A stretch of DNA of 64,000 bases from Amoebophrya sp. A120 (taxonomy: Eukaryota > Protista > Dinoflagellata): positions 6,605,860-6,669,859 of the forward strand of contig CAJINV010000001.1 of assembly GCA_905178155.1 (NCBI GenBank), in the 5' to 3' direction. The position numbers were made by a program, and so were the translations under genes. The notes under the pieces are model-generated. The model was not told the DNA's origin, searched no databases, and saw only the letters and a program-made list of their open reading frames with translations. Below are positions 61,210-64,000 of this stretch, in pieces; the stretch's first letter is position 1, and each line of letters starts with the position of its first letter.

Positions 61210-62297
61210 TGTCAGGCTGCGGGAGTTGTCTGTTCAGGCAGGGCAGTGACAACGAAAACAAGAGAGGACACGGAAACGAGTCTTCTAGCACGAGGCAACG
61301 CAAGTCGACGTTGCTATTTCAAAGACGCTTTTTCGTCCAACTTTAACGAGGTGATACAGGCCGCTCCTCCATCAGCCATTCTTCCCTCGTCGCCGCCGCA
61401 TCTTCGGAACAGACAAGGAAAAGACCCTTGGCCTTGCCCCTAGCATCGAAATAGTCGAACGCGGAAAAAAAGGGTCTTTACGACATTTTGGTATAACAAA
61501 CAGCACCAATACAAGCTAATTAATCTCGGGATGAATTACGTCTCCTCTACTTCTCTTCTTGAATTCGAATTCCATGTGGTCCTGGCGAAATGACAAGTTT
61601 GACAAGCTGTCCACGATAAAGTTTCGAGACGTCTTCAAGAATGCTACAACTTTCGTCGTCTCTCATAGCGTTGCGCTTTCTCAACGCCTGCTGCTGAGCT
61701 CCTGCACTCGATGTCGCGCTCCCTGATTGATGCTCGTGTTAATATCAAGAACTACTCTTGCACGATTTCGATTCCCTCAGTAAACCCGCTCGCGAATCTG
61801 TATATCTCTACTTGTTGGCCAGTGTACTGTGATTCTCTTGTTGAAAGTTCAGTATCGAGATCGAGCAACCGAGATATCTATGCTAGGGCTCGCTGAAAGA
61901 ATAAATGCTTGCTCCAAGCGCATGACCATGAGGATATGCGTTGAGTCTTGCTTGGTCATTAAACACATTTGGCCTGGGAATGTGACATTCCCCGGCCGAT
62001 CTCGATTGACCTTCCTTCCTTCCACTCAGTGGTCGCTGTTCATCATCCGATGACATCACATCATGGTTATCGTTATGCACGGCGCGCCGCGGGATGTTGA
62101 CATAGATAGTACACAGAAAAGTCCACAACTACAAAACGCCCTATTTTCGCGGCGTGCAAGTCGGAAGAAAAGCGCTGCGATATGATGCACATCAGCTTCC
62201 GATAAAATAATTGATTCCGTGAAGAAAATTTGTAGACTTGTTTCGAAGGAATGTTCCCTTGATGTAGGTCCGGCGGTCTTAAGCCGTTTCCAAATAT

Positions 62298-63740
62298 TCA
62301 TTTTTTTTTTCCGATACTGATTGTCCTCTTGACGTCCTCCAGCGCTTCTCGGCCCCTTTTGTTTCCCGCGGCGATATTTCGCAGAGCGGCGACGAGGAAA
62401 AGGAAGTGGGCGAAGAAGGGATCGTACCTGGTCGTCGAGAAAAAGATCGGTGAGAGACGTTGCAGCGCGCTGCAGAGAACAAACCCGAGTCCCGCACCCA
62501 CCACAACATCGAGAACGTGGTGGACCTGCCAGTGCACCCGCCCAAACGCCGCCAGGAAAACTAGCGACAGACAGCACACAGTGGTTGTCAGACTCCTGCT
62601 TGAGCTTGAAGACTCGATGCTGGAGGTCGACTGTTGTTCCTCGAAGAGCTCCAGAAAAGAGTAGTACACTGCGACCGCGACGCCGGTTGCACCCGCTGTG
62701 TCGCCGGAGGGAAAGCTCGCGTCCGGGTCCAGAGCGATGAACTTCGAGAAAAATTGCACCCGGTATTCCCTCCGTTGGTCTTCGGGCACGAGGAGAAGTG
62801 GTCTTCTTCTTTTCGTCACGTCTTTCACCACCATCACCGCCGCCAGACTGACGCTCCAGTACACGAGGACTCGGCGCGCGGCACTGATCGCGAGTGGCGG
62901 CGTGGAAGAAAAGGTGGAGCCTCCTGGGGAGAACAGCAAATCCACGACACCACTAAAAACGATTCCCTCCTCCTGCCAGCAGGCCTCCAGGACCAACAAC
63001 AGTATGGAAACGGCGACCGGCCCGAGCACGTACCCCCACTTGCCCCAGAAAAATTCGAAACGCCCGGCCACCTGCAGGGCCGCCGCCGGTGTTTTCACTT
63101 CTTCCTTGGAAGTGCGTGCGAGCAAAACATACATGAAGAACGTCACCAGCCAACCCGCAAGTAGGAAAAGTGCCACTGTGAGACACACCAAGTTTACCTC
63201 CTGGGCTGTTCTCGCAGCTGCCAGTGGTCCGCCAGCGTTCTTTGGATTATTTGCTTGTTGTATGATCGTGGTCGTGAGTAGACCCGGGGACCAAATTTTC
63301 GGCCGACTATTCCACGCGTCGAGCACTAGTACCAGTGTCAGCGGACACATAACCAGGCACGGAGTCGTCGAGAAAAACATTCCCGGGAACGCAAAAGCGT
63401 ACTCGAGAACGCCCAAGTTGATGCGATCCGAAATGATGCGCGATACCCATTTGTCAGCCCGATCGAGCTTCCCGCCGGCAGGAGGCCACACTTGTTGGGA
63501 ATTTGTTGTACTGGTACTAGAGGATGAGGATATTTCATAACTTTTGTTGCGCGTTGAATTGTCACGACTGCGTTCCACCTTTTTCGCACTCGTAGTCGAC
63601 GATGACGCGGCCACACTTGTTCTGCGCCCGGACGTAAATGATGAAGACGCTTTCCTTCCCGTTGACGTTGCCGGTGTAGCTCCTCTCAGACGAGCTTTGG
63701 AGGATTTATCCCCGGTGGAAGTTGTCTTCATGGTATTCAT
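62298..63740 (-). CDS. PAP2-family membrane phosphatase
   Basis: C1 KDVTKRRRP, C2 SFPSGD, C3 GRVHWQVHHVLDVVVG, multiple TM segments. Confidence 0.85.
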   Translation of the reverse strand: MNTMKTTSTGDKSSKARLRGATPATSTGRKASSSFTSGRRTSVAASSSTTSAKKVERSRDNSTRNKSYEISSSSSTSTTNSQQVWPPAGGKLDRADKWVSRIISDRINLGVLEYAFAFPGMFFSTTPCLVMCPLTLVLVLDAWNSRPKIWSPGLLTTTIIQQANNPKNAGGPLAAARTAQEVNLVCLTVALFLLAGWLVTFFMYVLLARTSKEEVKTPAAALQVAGRFEFFWGKWGYVLGPVAVSILLLVLEACWQEEGIVFSGVVDLLFSPGGSTFSSTPPLAISAARRVLVYWSVSLAAVMVVKDVTKRRRPLLLVPEDQRREYRVQFFSKFIALDPDASFPSGDTAGATGVAVAVYYSFLELFEEQQSTSSIESSSSSRSLTTTVCCLSLVFLAAFGRVHWQVHHVLDVVVGAGLGFVLCSALQRLSPIFFSTTRYDPFFAHFLFLVAALRNIAAGNKRGREALEDVKRTISIGKKK

Positions 63741-64000
63741 ATTTCAACTTTGTCGTACCGATGCTTATGTAGATTCTTGCATTTCCATATTCACTTCTGA
63801 TTCTTCGTTCGGATCCTGATCTCTTTTGCTTTTGTCTAGCAACAGTGTTTATGATCATGTAACTCAACTTAGTCCGTTATGCTTGACTCAGCAGTCGCCT
63901 GAAAATCAATTGTGTGCTCGCTTCTTGAGGCAAGCGAGTGACTGTTTACCATAGTGAGTGAGGGACTCTGAGTCACCTAAAAATCTAAGCGAAAAAAAAA

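Noticed and set aside
1-64000. Numerous plus-strand ORFs of 60-336 aa in the ORF track
   Set aside because: They are antisense shadows of GC-rich minus-strand exons, with no recognisable motifs.

Overview
This is eukaryotic protist DNA, most consistent with a syndinian dinoflagellate such as Amoebophrya (inference from gene content, single-strand gene array and intron type). About 14 protein genes lie in the 64 kb, all on the minus strand: a PARP-like/B-box/RasGAP-like protein, two tandem ABCC transporters, a CBM20-TPS/TPP-like protein, a small acidic ORF, a P5A ATPase, a large low-complexity protein, a repeat-domain gene with an in-frame TAG, a Cys-less pLGIC, Ku70, a dynamin/Mx-like GTPase, NMT, a PKD2-like channel and a PAP2 phosphatase. 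The main signal is 13 MITE-like elements (109-700 bp) that all interrupt coding sequence. Each has terminal inverted repeats (TIRs) and a 5-bp (once 6-bp) target duplication. Removing an element plus one duplication restores the reading frame exactly, yet no GT-AG boundary is possible, so they behave as non-canonical transposon-derived introns (introners). Twelve share TAT[C/G]...[G/C]ATA ends and carry internal TGT[C/G]ATGC-like motifs despite otherwise different TIRs. One family occurs in both orientations. Ten of the twelve sit in pairs only 48-62 nt apart, creating micro-exons. Inverted-repeat introners are already reported for Amoebophrya; the fixed-distance pairing, shared end grammar and orientation independence are the aspects most worth following up. 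All coordinates were derived by eye.
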